Origin: an uncultured SAR86 cluster bacterium
GTDB taxonomy: Bacteria; Pseudomonadota; Gammaproteobacteria; Magnimaribacterales; D2472
NCBI GenBank assembly: GCA_902517505.1
Contig: CABYCL010000001.1
Location: forward strand, 93,006-157,005
Direction: 5' to 3'
Length of the DNA stretch: 64,000 nucleotides
The position numbers were made by a program, and so were the translations under genes. A model generated the notes under the pieces. The model saw only the letters and a list, made by a program, of their open reading frames with translations. It did not search any database and was not told the DNA's origin. Of this stretch, positions 25,624 through 35,979 are shown one piece after another (the stretch's first letter is position 1; each line of letters opens with the position of its first letter).

Positions 25624-26431
25624 AAAATATAGATTAGGAGTTTTAGGTGATCCAATAGAACACTCACTATCTCCTTTTATACATTCTAGGTTTGCAAGAA
25701 ATGAAAACATTAATATTGAATATCTACCCTATAGAGTTAAAGAAGTTGATTTTGATCAATTCATAAAAGAGTTTTTTTCTGACAAGCTCGCGAAAGGTTT
25801 GAATATAACATTGCCTCATAAGAAAAGAGCTGCAAAGATCGAAGGCAATATTTCTAAAGAAGCAAAATACATTAATGCTGTGAATACTATTTATAAGGAT
25901 GGAAATTTACTTTCTTTATCTTCTACTGATGGTATAGGGTTTATAAATGATATAGATAATAAGGGCTTTGAATTAGAAGATAAGAACATCTTAATAATTG
26001 GCGCTGGAGCTGCAATAGAAAGCATTTTATATAGAGTTGCAATGAGTAGCCCCAAAGAAATCTCTCTAATTAACAGAACTCAAGAAAAGGCAAACAGGCT
26101 AATACGAAAATTTTCAAATATGGCCCTGATAAAAGCTGGCTTTAGTGGTGATGCTAAATACGATTTGGTGATAAATGGATCTTCGGCTGGGTTGACTGGT
26201 AATTTTGAGCCAATAGATGACTTGCCTGTAAACTCAAAAACTTATTTTTATGACTTAAATTACTCTTTAACTGTTACTCCTTTTTGTAAGTGGGCAAAAG
26301 AGAAATCAGAGAATGTTTTTGATGGAACTGGCATGTTGGTTTACCAGGCTGCACATTCATTTAAAAAATGGTTTAATGTTTTTCCTGAAGCCTTGACAGT
26401 TATTAAGGATTTAGAAGAGCTAAGAGAATGA
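25616..26431 (+). CDS. aroE: Shikimate dehydrogenase
   Basis: 271 aa with GDPIEHSLSP, NITLPHK and a GAGAA Rossmann fold. Confidence 0.9.
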   Translation: MSKKYRLGVLGDPIEHSLSPFIHSRFARNENINIEYLPYRVKEVDFDQFIKEFFSDKLAKGLNITLPHKKRAAKIEGNISKEAKYINAVNTIYKDGNLLSLSSTDGIGFINDIDNKGFELEDKNILIIGAGAAIESILYRVAMSSPKEISLINRTQEKANRLIRKFSNMALIKAGFSGDAKYDLVINGSSAGLTGNFEPIDDLPVNSKTYFYDLNYSLTVTPFCKWAKEKSENVFDGTGMLVYQAAHSFKKWFNVFPEALTVIKDLEELRE

Positions 26432-26637
26432 AGAAATTTGTTCAATTCATCGCAGGAGCGGTATGTCCAACTTGTAAATCCCAAGACACAATTGCATTGA
26501 ATCCTTCTGATGACGAAATATATTGTGTAAAGTGCGATTTTGTTGAAAAAAGACCTAAAGAAAAAAACATTCTTGATAATGAAGAAATTAAGGTTATTAA
26601 CTTAGATGATTTCAAGAAAAACAGAAGCAAAAACTAA
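26428..26637 (+). CDS. yheV: YheV-family zinc-ribbon protein
   Basis: 69 aa. FIAGAVCPTCKSQDT...CVKCDF parallels the E. coli YheV N-terminus. ATGA overlap with aroE. Confidence 0.65.
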   Translation: MKKFVQFIAGAVCPTCKSQDTIALNPSDDEIYCVKCDFVEKRPKEKNILDNEEIKVINLDDFKKNRSKN

Positions 26638-26775
26638 TAGAAATTAAAGTTTCAAACATATATCATACCTAGCATAAAAAATGTGTATTTTTGCTTTGTT
26701 GTATTTATATAAATAGCTTATAATGTAATATAACTATTTTTTATTATAAAAGGCACACTTACTTTTGGGCGAACA

Positions 26776-27924
26776 ATGATTTATAAACTTTTTAATCTAT
26801 CTAAGAAGAATATATCTATATTTTTATTTTTTGTTGCTTCACCAATAATTAAAGCTGATTGGTTTGCTCTAAACATGACTAGAGGCAGTACCGACATTAG
26901 CAACGAAGTTTTTGAACTGCACATGTTAATTTTTTGGATATGTGTTGCAATCGGTGTTCTTGTTTTTGGCGTAATGTTTTACTCAATGTGGGCACATACA
27001 AAGAAAAAAAATCCAGTCCCTGCAACATTTCATGAAAATCATAAGCTTGAAATAGCTTGGACCATAATACCATTTCTTATTCTTATAGCGATGGCAGTTC
27101 CAGCTTCTAAAACACTAGTAAAGATTTATGATGATGAAGCAGGAGATATAAATATTCAAGTTACAGGATATCAATGGAAATGGCAGTATAATTACCTAGA
27201 AGATGATGTTAGTTTTTTCTCTAATCTCTCAACAGATCTCGATGAAATTTACAACTTAGTTCCAAAAGGGGAAAATTATTTACAAGAAGTTGACGAAATG
27301 GTTGTTATACCTGCTGGTAAAAAAGTAAGATTCTTAATAACTGCAAATGATGTTATTCATTCATGGTGGTTACCGGCATTTGCTATTAAGCAAGATGCTA
27401 TACCAGGATTTGTAAATACAGCATGGACGGTGGTTGATAAGCCAGGAATCTATAGAGGAAAATGTACTGAACTATGTGGCAAAAATCATGGATTTATGCC
27501 TATTGTTGTAAAAGTAGTTGAGCAATCTGAATATGATGATTGGGTATATGGCAAGAAACAAGAAGCCATAAAACTTGCTGAACTTACTACTAAAGAATGG
27601 ACAACTGGGGAATTAATGGAGCGAGGTGAAGGCATCTATCAAGTTAACTGTGTTGCATGTCATCAAACCTCAGGAGAAGGAATCACAGGAATATTCCCTG
27701 CTTTAGCTGGTAGTGATATTGTCATGAACAATAAGGATAGGAATATTGAAATTCTAATGGAAGGAGTTCAAGGAGCAGCCATGAATTCTTTTAGCTACTT
27801 ATCAGAAGTTGAATTGGCCGCAGTGATTACTTACACAAGACAATCATGGGGTAATGCAGAAAAAGGGGATGGAGAAATAGTAATTCCAAAAGACATTGTA
27901 GATTATAAAGAACCAAAGATTTAA
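26776..27924 (+). CDS. coxB: Cytochrome c oxidase subunit II with C-terminal cytochrome c domain
   Basis: 382 aa with CuA site CTELCGKNHGFM and a C-terminal CVACHQ haem c motif. Confidence 0.95.
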   Translation: MIYKLFNLSKKNISIFLFFVASPIIKADWFALNMTRGSTDISNEVFELHMLIFWICVAIGVLVFGVMFYSMWAHTKKKNPVPATFHENHKLEIAWTIIPFLILIAMAVPASKTLVKIYDDEAGDINIQVTGYQWKWQYNYLEDDVSFFSNLSTDLDEIYNLVPKGENYLQEVDEMVVIPAGKKVRFLITANDVIHSWWLPAFAIKQDAIPGFVNTAWTVVDKPGIYRGKCTELCGKNHGFMPIVVKVVEQSEYDDWVYGKKQEAIKLAELTTKEWTTGELMERGEGIYQVNCVACHQTSGEGITGIFPALAGSDIVMNNKDRNIEILMEGVQGAAMNSFSYLSEVELAAVITYTRQSWGNAEKGDGEIVIPKDIVDYKEPKI

Positions 27925-27938
27925 GATAGGAAATTAGT

Positions 27939-29522
27939 ATGAGCGCAGTAATAGAAAATCATCATGACGACCATCATCATGGGCCTGCTAAAGGCATAAC
28001 AAGATGGTTGTATACAACAAATCATAAGGATATAGGAACTCTTTATTTATGGTTCAGTTTTGCCATGTTCTTAATTGGTGGAGCAATGGCAATGGTTATA
28101 AGAGCAGAGCTTTTCCAGCCTGGAATGCAAATAGTTGAACCTGAATTTTATAATCAAATGATTACGCTGCATGGATTGATAATGATTTTTGGAGGCGTAA
28201 TGCCTGCTTTTGTTGGATTAGCAAACTGGTTAGTTCCAATGATGATTGGAGCACCAGATATGGCTTTACCAAGAATGAATAATTTAAGTTTCTGGATACT
28301 GCCTTTTGCATTCTTTATTTTATTATCATCATTATTTATGGAGGGTGGAGCTCCAAACTTTGGATGGACGTTTTATGCTCCGCTTTCAACAACCTATGCA
28401 CCTCCGAGTGTTACCTTTTTTATATTTTCTGTTCACATAATGGGAGCATCTTCAATAATGGGCTCAATTAATGTCGTGGTCACTATTATGAATATGAGAG
28501 CACCTGGCGTAGATTTAATGAAAATGCCTTTGTTCGTATGGTCATGGTTAATTACCGCATATTTATTAATTGCAGTGATGCCAGTTCTTGCTGGTGCTGT
28601 AACAATGATGTTAATGGATATTCATTTTGGAACGAGTTTCTTTAACGCTGCTGGAGGTGGAGATCCAGTTTTATTTCAGCATATATTTTGGTTCTTTGGT
28701 CACCCAGAAGTATATATAATGATTTTGCCCGCCTTTGGTATTGTTTCACATATTATTGAAACATTTTCTAGGAAACAGCTCTTTGGATATTCCTCAATGG
28801 TCTGGGCAATGCTTTCAATTGCCATACTCTCTTTTGTAGTTTGGGCACATCATATGTTTACTGTTGGACTGCCATTGGCTGCAGAAATATTCTTTATGTG
28901 GGCAACCATGTTGATAGCTGTTCCAACAGGCGTAAAAGTTTTTAATTGGGTAGCAACGATGTTTAGAGGTTCGCTTACTTTTGAGACACCTATGTTATTC
29001 GCTATTTCTTTTGTTGTTCTTTTCACAATAGGTGGATTGTCTGGCTTAATGCTTGCAATTGTTCCAGCTGATTTTCAATATCACGATACCTACTTTGTTG
29101 TTGCGCATTTTCATTATGTTCTTGTACCAGGAGCAATATTTTCTATTATGGCCGCTGTTTATTATTGGATTCCAAAATGGTGTGGCAATATGTATGATGA
29201 AAGATTAGGTAAACTACACTTTTGGTTGTCATTTATCGGAGTTAATGTAACCTTTTTTCCTCAACACTTTATTGGTTTAGCAGGAATGCCAAGAAGATAT
29301 CCTGATTATTCTTTAATATTTGCTGATTGGAATATGGTTTCGAGCGTTGGAGCATTTTTATTTGGATTTTCACAACTATTATTTTTGTTTATTGTTATTA
29401 AAACTGTGATGGGTGGTAAAAAAGCAACTGATCAAGTTTGGGATGGCGCAAAAGGTCTTGAATGGACAGTAGCATCCCCGGCTCCTTATCACACTTTCTC
29501 AACACCACCGAAGGTTGATTAA
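27939..29522 (+). CDS. coxA: Cytochrome c oxidase subunit I
   Basis: 527 aa with canonical haem-copper oxidase motifs (WFFGHPEVY, HHMF). Confidence 0.97.
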   Translation: MSAVIENHHDDHHHGPAKGITRWLYTTNHKDIGTLYLWFSFAMFLIGGAMAMVIRAELFQPGMQIVEPEFYNQMITLHGLIMIFGGVMPAFVGLANWLVPMMIGAPDMALPRMNNLSFWILPFAFFILLSSLFMEGGAPNFGWTFYAPLSTTYAPPSVTFFIFSVHIMGASSIMGSINVVVTIMNMRAPGVDLMKMPLFVWSWLITAYLLIAVMPVLAGAVTMMLMDIHFGTSFFNAAGGGDPVLFQHIFWFFGHPEVYIMILPAFGIVSHIIETFSRKQLFGYSSMVWAMLSIAILSFVVWAHHMFTVGLPLAAEIFFMWATMLIAVPTGVKVFNWVATMFRGSLTFETPMLFAISFVVLFTIGGLSGLMLAIVPADFQYHDTYFVVAHFHYVLVPGAIFSIMAAVYYWIPKWCGNMYDERLGKLHFWLSFIGVNVTFFPQHFIGLAGMPRRYPDYSLIFADWNMVSSVGAFLFGFSQLLFLFIVIKTVMGGKKATDQVWDGAKGLEWTVASPAPYHTFSTPPKVD

Positions 29523-30079
29523 TGAAAAAAGATGCCAAGAAAACATTAATTAAATTAGTAGTTGCTGTTCCATTAATGTTTGCTTTTGGCTTTGCGCTTG
29601 TGCCTCTATATGATGTCTTTTGTGAAGTAACTGGCATTAATGGAAAAGTTTTTCAATCAGAGCATTCAGAAGACCTGATCACGGATGATGGCAGAACTAT
29701 TGCCATTCAGTTTATATCTACTAATAACGAAAACATGCCCTGGACCTTTAAACCTTCAGAGCAAGTAATGAAAATCGAAACTGGGAAATATCATGGCGCT
29801 ACTTTTTATGTAAAAAATACAACAAATAGAAAAATGACTGCTCAGGCAGTTCCAAGTGTTGCCCCATCAAATGCTGCAGCACATTTAAAAAAACTAGAAT
29901 GTTTTTGTTTCGAACAACAAGAACTAATGCCCGGTGAAGAAGCCCTTCTTCCTGTTAAATTATTAGTTTCAAATGAACTTCCATCAAATATAAAAAATAT
30001 AATTTTGTCATATACAATTTTTGATATTACTGACTATGATGATGAGGTTTTAGCACATCACCAAATAGAAGCGGAGTAA
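29522..30079 (+). CDS. ctaG: Cytochrome c oxidase assembly protein CtaG/Cox11
   Basis: 185 aa with a TM anchor plus the CFCF copper motif (KKLECFCFEQQ). Confidence 0.9.
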   Translation: MKKDAKKTLIKLVVAVPLMFAFGFALVPLYDVFCEVTGINGKVFQSEHSEDLITDDGRTIAIQFISTNNENMPWTFKPSEQVMKIETGKYHGATFYVKNTTNRKMTAQAVPSVAPSNAAAHLKKLECFCFEQQELMPGEEALLPVKLLVSNELPSNIKNIILSYTIFDITDYDDEVLAHHQIEAE

Positions 30080-30086
30080 GCATGAA

Positions 30087-31001
30087 ATGAGTGGAGGAAG
30101 TTACTACGTACCTGATCAAAGCAGGTTTCCAATATTTATGGCGGTATCCTTATTTCTGCTTGTAATGGGGGCCTCCAGCACAATAAATAATTTAGACGAT
30201 CCTACTAGTAACTCTGTTTATATATTATATCTTGGTTTTGGATGTCTTTTTTTAACTATGTTTTTTTGGTTTAGACAGGTTATTAAAGAACACCTTGCCG
30301 GTTTAGACTCAAATCAATTGAAACAATCATATGTTTATGGAATGGCTTGGTTCATTTTTTCTGAAGTAATGTTTTTCGCTGCATTTTTTGGAGCCTTATT
30401 TTATGTCAGAACTTTGGCTGTACCATGGTTAGCAGGAGAAGGCTCAAAAGGAGCTTATATCTCAGCCATTGAACTATGGCCAGCTTTTGAATCAACATGG
30501 CCAGTCATAACGACTCCTGATCAAGGAACTGCATATGAATTAGCTGATAAGAGTATGGCATGGCCTGGATGGGATCATGCTCTTAAGTGGCTGCCACTTT
30601 GGAATACGATTGTGCTTCTAAGCTCATCTGTCACAGTTCATATAGCTCATCTTGGATTAAAAAAAGGTAATAGAAAAAGATTTAATACTTTTTTAGGAAT
30701 AACAGTATTCTTAGCTTTAATTTTTGTTGGATTACAAGCTGCAGAATATTACGAAGCTTATGCACATTATGGACTAACTTTAAACTCTGGAATATATGGG
30801 TCTACCTTTTTCATGTTAACAGGTTTCCATGGTTTCCATGTAATGATGGGCGGTTTTATGTTGGCAATTATGCTAGGCAGGTCTGTTTTTGCAGGGCACT
30901 TTGAAGAACATGATCACTTTGGATTTGAGGCTGCCTCATGGTATTGGCATTTTGTTGATGTTGTATGGGTTATGCTTTTTTTGTTTGTATATATTCTTTA
31001 A
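30087..31001 (+). CDS. coxC: Cytochrome c oxidase subunit III
   Basis: 304 aa seven-TM protein with FHGFHV motif. Confidence 0.95.
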   Translation: MSGGSYYVPDQSRFPIFMAVSLFLLVMGASSTINNLDDPTSNSVYILYLGFGCLFLTMFFWFRQVIKEHLAGLDSNQLKQSYVYGMAWFIFSEVMFFAAFFGALFYVRTLAVPWLAGEGSKGAYISAIELWPAFESTWPVITTPDQGTAYELADKSMAWPGWDHALKWLPLWNTIVLLSSSVTVHIAHLGLKKGNRKRFNTFLGITVFLALIFVGLQAAEYYEAYAHYGLTLNSGIYGSTFFMLTGFHGFHVMMGGFMLAIMLGRSVFAGHFEEHDHFGFEAASWYWHFVDVVWVMLFLFVYIL

Positions 31002-31220
31002 TTACGAAGCTTCCCAGGGAACGCTATTTCCAAGTTCACCAGTGTAAAGTCCAATAGCAACTAATATGATTAAAACTGCAGCAAAGAAAACTCTAAGGCC
31101 AAGTAAGTAAACTGTTCTTTTTCTTCCAGTATCGCCTTTATCTACGAGCAGAAAGAAAAGGCCACCAGCAAGAGAAAGAAGCAATAATGGTAAAACGATA
31201 TAAATCAAAGTAGTAATCAT
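31002..31220 (-). CDS. Twin-transmembrane small protein (DUF2909-like)
   Basis: 72 aa with two TM helices. Sits between coxC and SURF1, as in other gamma/betaproteobacterial cox clusters. Confidence 0.55.
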   Translation of the reverse strand: MITTLIYIVLPLLLLSLAGGLFFLLVDKGDTGRKRTVYLLGLRVFFAAVLIILVAIGLYTGELGNSVPWEAS

Positions 31221-31254
31221 ATTAAAATTTTAAAGCATATATACTTCAATAGAT

Positions 31255-31956
31255 ATGAAAAAAAATAAATTTAATCCTGGAATAAATATCACAATATTTT
31301 TTGTTTTTTTTGCCACTTTATTTTTTTCTTTAGGACTATGGCAAATTGATAGAGGACAAGCAAAGACAGTTTTATTAGATGAATTTGAAAAAAATTCCTT
31401 CAAAAGTCCAGAATATATAAGTAAAGACTCAAAAAAATGGGACAGAGTTTATGTTGAAGGGGCATGGGACGGCTCTAATCAATTATTAATTGATAATATT
31501 ATTAGAAAAGGTATTGCCGGATACAAGGTTTTAACACCTTTTAGACTAAAAAACACTAACGAAATTATTCTTATCGACAGGGGCTGGATACCAAGAAACA
31601 GAAACATGGAAGTCCTTCCAAATATTGATCTTATTAATTCAAATGAAAGAGTTAGTGGAATCTTAGAATCTCCTGAGCTAGGTCTTACGCTTTCAGATGA
31701 ACTTGTTACAGATGCATGGCCAAAAGTTTCACAAACCAAAAACTTAGAAGTAATTTCAAAAGAATATAGTGATTTAATATATCCATTTATTCTATTAGCA
31801 GATCCAACAAGCAGAAATAGTCTTGAATATATTAAAATTAACCCAACAAATATGACACCAATAAAACATTATGGTTATTCTGCGCAATGGTTTTTAATGT
31901 TTATAGTTTTATGTGTAATGTATGTTTGGTATGGAATCAAAAGAAATGAGAAATAA
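31255..31956 (+). CDS. SURF1/Shy1 family cytochrome oxidase assembly protein
   Basis: 233 aa with N- and C-terminal TM helices and the GLWQIDRGQAK and IDRGWIP motifs. Confidence 0.85.
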   Translation: MKKNKFNPGINITIFFVFFATLFFSLGLWQIDRGQAKTVLLDEFEKNSFKSPEYISKDSKKWDRVYVEGAWDGSNQLLIDNIIRKGIAGYKVLTPFRLKNTNEIILIDRGWIPRNRNMEVLPNIDLINSNERVSGILESPELGLTLSDELVTDAWPKVSQTKNLEVISKEYSDLIYPFILLADPTSRNSLEYIKINPTNMTPIKHYGYSAQWFLMFIVLCVMYVWYGIKRNEK

Positions 31957-32497
31957 ATTTTTTCTAGCGGTATTACTACTTACGCCAATACTGGTTGTTA
32001 CATTTTCAACCCTTTATTTTCTTAAAGGAATGTCTCCAGAGGGAACAAAAAATAATGGAGTTTTTTTTAAAAGTTATTTCGATTTAAATGACTTTAAAAA
32101 TGGCGAAGGAAAGCAAGATTTAATAAGCTTTGAAGATGGAAAATGGGTTTTGTCTGTATATGTTACAAACATCGAAACTAGCGAACAATCAATTTACTTA
32201 GCTAGACAATTAAACGTTGCTTTAAACAGAGACATAAATAAATTAAAAAGAGTTTTATTTTATTCAAATAAATTGCTCGAACCTAATTTAAAAAATATCA
32301 AATCGCAGTATCCACGAGTTGAGATTGTTGAAGACAAAAATGGAGTGTTGTTAAATGTCTTACAAAGAAACTCATTACTGGACTTTAATGCTGAGAACCC
32401 AATTTTTGTTATAGATCCATATGGAAGGGCGGTTATGTATTTTTTACCTGATACAGATCCTAAATTAATTTTAAAAGACTTAAAGGTGTTAATTTAA
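31922..32497 (+). CDS. Hypothetical membrane-anchored protein of the cox cluster
   Basis: 191 aa with one N-terminal TM. A likelier start is ATG 31946. Conserved position between SURF1 and cox15. No recognisable catalytic motif. Confidence 0.5.
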   Translation: MFGMESKEMRNKFFLAVLLLTPILVVTFSTLYFLKGMSPEGTKNNGVFFKSYFDLNDFKNGEGKQDLISFEDGKWVLSVYVTNIETSEQSIYLARQLNVALNRDINKLKRVLFYSNKLLEPNLKNIKSQYPRVEIVEDKNGVLLNVLQRNSLLDFNAENPIFVIDPYGRAVMYFLPDTDPKLILKDLKVLI

Positions 32498-33471
32498 TGA
32501 ACCAAATTAAAAACTTATCACTATTTGGAATATGCATGGCATTTGTTGTAATTGCATTAGGGGCATGGACTCGTCTTGTAGATGCCGGCCTTGGTTGTCC
32601 AGATTGGCCGGGGTGTTATGGTTTTGTTGTTTTCCCAATAAATGAAGCTGAAATTGCTATTGCTGAAAGTAGATATCCAACCTTTCCTTATGATATAAAT
32701 AAAGCAATACCTGAAGTTGTTCATAGGTACTTTGCTGCTGCTCTAGGGCTTCTAGCAATTTTTTTAGTTTACCTATCATTAAGAAAGACAAATGATAAAT
32801 CTATTCAAGGCTGGTCTTGTTTTTTATTAATTTTTATATGTCTCCAAGGCACTTTTGGATATTTAACAGTTAGTTTAAAGCTATTACCGATAATTGTTAC
32901 GATTCATTTATTTGGTGGTTTCACGACTCTATTATTGCTTTATTTTATTTATTTAAAATCCCGTAATTTTGAAATATTTAACCAAATAAATATCTCTAAT
33001 TTAAAAGTAATTTCAGGCATTGCTTTAGCTGTTTTAGTATTCCAGATTTTTTTAGGTGTATGGACTAGCACTAATTATGCTTCTCTGGCATGTGCAGACT
33101 TTCCAACATGCCAAGGCTCATATTTACCTGAAATGGATTTCAAAAATGGATTTAATCTAAATCAAGAAGTTGGCCCAAATTATTTATATGGGTTATTAGA
33201 CAATCCTGCTCGAGTTGCAATACATTACTCTCATAGAATATCAGCTCTTCTTGTAACTTTTATATTCTTAATACTTATGTCTAGGCTATGGTTCTCAGAA
33301 GCAGCTCCTCTTGCATCGACTCTTGGAATATTATTATTAACACAGATAACACTAGGAATTATTAATGTTGTGTATGTTCTGCCTCTATATGTTGCTATTG
33401 CGCATAATTTAGTTGCAGCCTGCTTACTCTTAGCGACATTTACTGTTAGTTATCTAGCTTGGAAAAGATGA
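32497..33471 (+). CDS. ctaA: Haem A synthase (COX15/CtaA)
   Basis: 324 aa polytopic protein with N-terminal GLGCPDWPGCYG and paired His-containing helices. Confidence 0.9.
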   Translation: MNQIKNLSLFGICMAFVVIALGAWTRLVDAGLGCPDWPGCYGFVVFPINEAEIAIAESRYPTFPYDINKAIPEVVHRYFAAALGLLAIFLVYLSLRKTNDKSIQGWSCFLLIFICLQGTFGYLTVSLKLLPIIVTIHLFGGFTTLLLLYFIYLKSRNFEIFNQINISNLKVISGIALAVLVFQIFLGVWTSTNYASLACADFPTCQGSYLPEMDFKNGFNLNQEVGPNYLYGLLDNPARVAIHYSHRISALLVTFIFLILMSRLWFSEAAPLASTLGILLLTQITLGIINVVYVLPLYVAIAHNLVAACLLLATFTVSYLAWKR

Positions 33472-34334
33472 CACTTCTCAAAAGTTATTATGAGCTCTGT
33501 AAACCAAATGTAGTTTACATGATGTTAATTTGTGCTTTTGTAGGAATGTTATTAGCGGAGGAAACAGTTGGTTCATTTTGGTATCTGTTTATATCTTTAT
33601 CTGGTATAGCATTTTGCGCTGCGTCTGCGGCAGCAATTAATCAAGTAATTGATAGAAATACCGATGCATCGATGACAAGGACTGATCAAAGACCTCTTCC
33701 GCAGGGAGAGCTTTCAGCTACTCATGCTTCAATTTTTGCACTAGTGATAGGAATTCTAGGAGCATTAATTTTATACCTATACGTTAATACTCTCACAATG
33801 ATTCTCACTTTAGCATCTTTAATAGGGTATGCATTTATATATACCGTTTATTTAAAAAGAGCTACTCCACAAAATATAGTAATAGGTGGATTAGCAGGTG
33901 CGGCACCGCCTTTATTGGGCTGGGCATCTGTATCAAATACCATCGAGCCTTATGCTTTGTTGTTAGTTTTAATAATTTTTGTATGGACGCCACCTCATTT
34001 TTGGGCTTTAGCAATTTACCGAAAAGATGAATATGCAAAAGAATCTATCCCTATGTTACCTGTAACCCATGGAGTTATTTTCACTAAATTACAAATAGTC
34101 TTATATACAATTATTCTTTTTATAGTAAGCCTATTGCCCTATGTTGTTCTAATGTCAGGAGAGATATATTTATTTTCTGCATTGGTCTTAAGCACATTAT
34201 TTTTATACTATTCAATAAATCTTTATTACAGCGAGGATGATGAAGATGCTATGAAAACTTTCCAGTTTTCCATTTATTATATTTTCTTAATTTTTTTAGC
34301 TTTGTTGCTAGACCACTTTATAATTATTAGTTGA
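33459..34334 (+). CDS. cyoE: Protohaem IX farnesyltransferase (haem O synthase)
   Basis: 291 aa UbiA-family protein with NQVIDRNTDASMTRT and a WTPPHFWALA block. Confidence 0.92.
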   Translation: MEKMTLLKSYYELCKPNVVYMMLICAFVGMLLAEETVGSFWYLFISLSGIAFCAASAAAINQVIDRNTDASMTRTDQRPLPQGELSATHASIFALVIGILGALILYLYVNTLTMILTLASLIGYAFIYTVYLKRATPQNIVIGGLAGAAPPLLGWASVSNTIEPYALLLVLIIFVWTPPHFWALAIYRKDEYAKESIPMLPVTHGVIFTKLQIVLYTIILFIVSLLPYVVLMSGEIYLFSALVLSTLFLYYSINLYYSEDDEDAMKTFQFSIYYIFLIFLALLLDHFIIIS

Positions 34335-34969
34335 TGACAATAAAAAAGAATTTATTAATAATAGCAATTTTCATTCTGACCGTTCTAGTCCTTTTTATAA
34401 ATAAATTAACAACCCCAAGAACTCTTAGCACGAATGAGCTTTTAATCAATGGGCTCTTCTTGTTTGAAGCTCCTAAAAAAATTTCTGATTTTAGTTTTTT
34501 TACTGCCGATGGCGACGAATTTAACAAATCCAATCTTTTGGGAAAATGGACACTGATGTATTTTGGATTTACAAGATGTCCGGATGAATGCCCAACCACC
34601 ATGTATCAACTTTCTAAGCTTATAAAAGTATTGAAAGAAAAGGAATTTCCTTTAGATAATAAACAATGGGTTTTAGTTTCTATAGATCCTGAAAGAGATT
34701 CACCTCAAGATATAAATAAATATGCTAAAGGGTTTGATCCTTCTTTTATTGGAATATCTAATACAAGGCCAATGCTTCTTAGCCTAGCAACACAATTATC
34801 AGTCAATAATGTTATGCCAAGCAACGACAATACTAATCATTCCCACCTAGACAATCATGTTAATAATATTATTTTATTAAACCCTGATGGTGAGTTTGCA
34901 GGATTTTTTAGGCCGCCATTTGATATTTCAAGATTATCATTAACTTATCAATCAGTAACTCAAGACTAA
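34331..34969 (+). CDS. SCO1/SenC copper chaperone
   Basis: 212 aa with a TM anchor and thioredoxin-fold CxxxC (FTRCPDECP). Confidence 0.85.
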   Translation: MMTIKKNLLIIAIFILTVLVLFINKLTTPRTLSTNELLINGLFLFEAPKKISDFSFFTADGDEFNKSNLLGKWTLMYFGFTRCPDECPTTMYQLSKLIKVLKEKEFPLDNKQWVLVSIDPERDSPQDINKYAKGFDPSFIGISNTRPMLLSLATQLSVNNVMPSNDNTNHSHLDNHVNNIILLNPDGEFAGFFRPPFDISRLSLTYQSVTQD

Positions 34970-34971
34970 AC

Positions 34972-35970
34972 TTATATTTTGATGATTACTTTACCTTTAG
35001 CCTTTCTATCTTTTAAGTGAGCAATTGCCTGAGCGCCATTATCTAAGGAGAATGAATCAGAAACCTCTGGATTGATTTTACCATCAGAGTGAAGCTGAAA
35101 AAGTTCCTGGAAATTTTTTTTATTTTCTTCAGGAAACATACCAACCCAAGCACCCCAAAATACGCCGACTATTTTCATACCTTTTAACAGGGCAAGATTA
35201 ATGGGTATTTTTGGGATTTCACCTGCTGCAAAGCCAATTACTAAATATCTTCCATCCCAAGCTGTTGCCCTAATGCATGGTTCAGAATAGTCATCTCCAA
35301 CAGGATCATAAACAACATTTGCTCCCATTCCTCCAGTTAATTCTTTAATTTTTGAAGAGAGTTCTTTTTGCTGATTTCTATCAAGTTGGCCAGTAGGGTA
35401 TATAAAGCCTTCATCAGCACCATGCTGTATACATAAATCTACTTTTTCTTGAGTTGATGCTGCTGCTATAACTTTTGCACCCATTGCTTTTCCAAGCTCA
35501 ACTGTTGCCAGCCCAACACCACCTGCAGCACCTAAAACAAGAAGCGTTTCTCCTTCTTTTAATTCAGCTCTTTGTTTTAGAGCATATAAAGATGTTCCAT
35601 AGGTCATTGGAAGCGCAGCTGCAGTCTCAAAATCCATGCTTTCAGGAATTTTTACAACAGCATGTTCTGGGGCAACTATTTTTTCAGCAAAAGCTCCTAA
35701 CCCTGTCATTGCAAATACTCTATCTCCAACAGAAATATTTTTTACCCCTTCTCCAACAGAAGATACAATTCCAGCAGATTCACCTCCCGGTGAAAAAGGC
35801 AGCTCTGGTTGAAATTGATATAAGCCTTGAATCATTAAGACATCAGGAAAGTTAACACTAGCTGCTTTGTTATCAATCAAAACATGTCCAGGAAGAACCT
35901 CAGGATCAGATATTTCATTAACTTGCAATTTATCTGGCATGCCGAGTTCAACACATTGTAAAGCTTTCAT
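34972..35970 (-). CDS. NADPH:quinone oxidoreductase (MDR/zeta-crystallin family)
   Basis: 332 aa MDR-fold protein with nucleotide motif LVLGAAGGVG. No structural zinc motif. Confidence 0.75.
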   Translation of the reverse strand: MKALQCVELGMPDKLQVNEISDPEVLPGHVLIDNKAASVNFPDVLMIQGLYQFQPELPFSPGGESAGIVSSVGEGVKNISVGDRVFAMTGLGAFAEKIVAPEHAVVKIPESMDFETAAALPMTYGTSLYALKQRAELKEGETLLVLGAAGGVGLATVELGKAMGAKVIAAASTQEKVDLCIQHGADEGFIYPTGQLDRNQQKELSSKIKELTGGMGANVVYDPVGDDYSEPCIRATAWDGRYLVIGFAAGEIPKIPINLALLKGMKIVGVFWGAWVGMFPEENKKNFQELFQLHSDGKINPEVSDSFSLDNGAQAIAHLKDRKAKGKVIIKI

Positions 35971-35979
35971 AATGTCCCC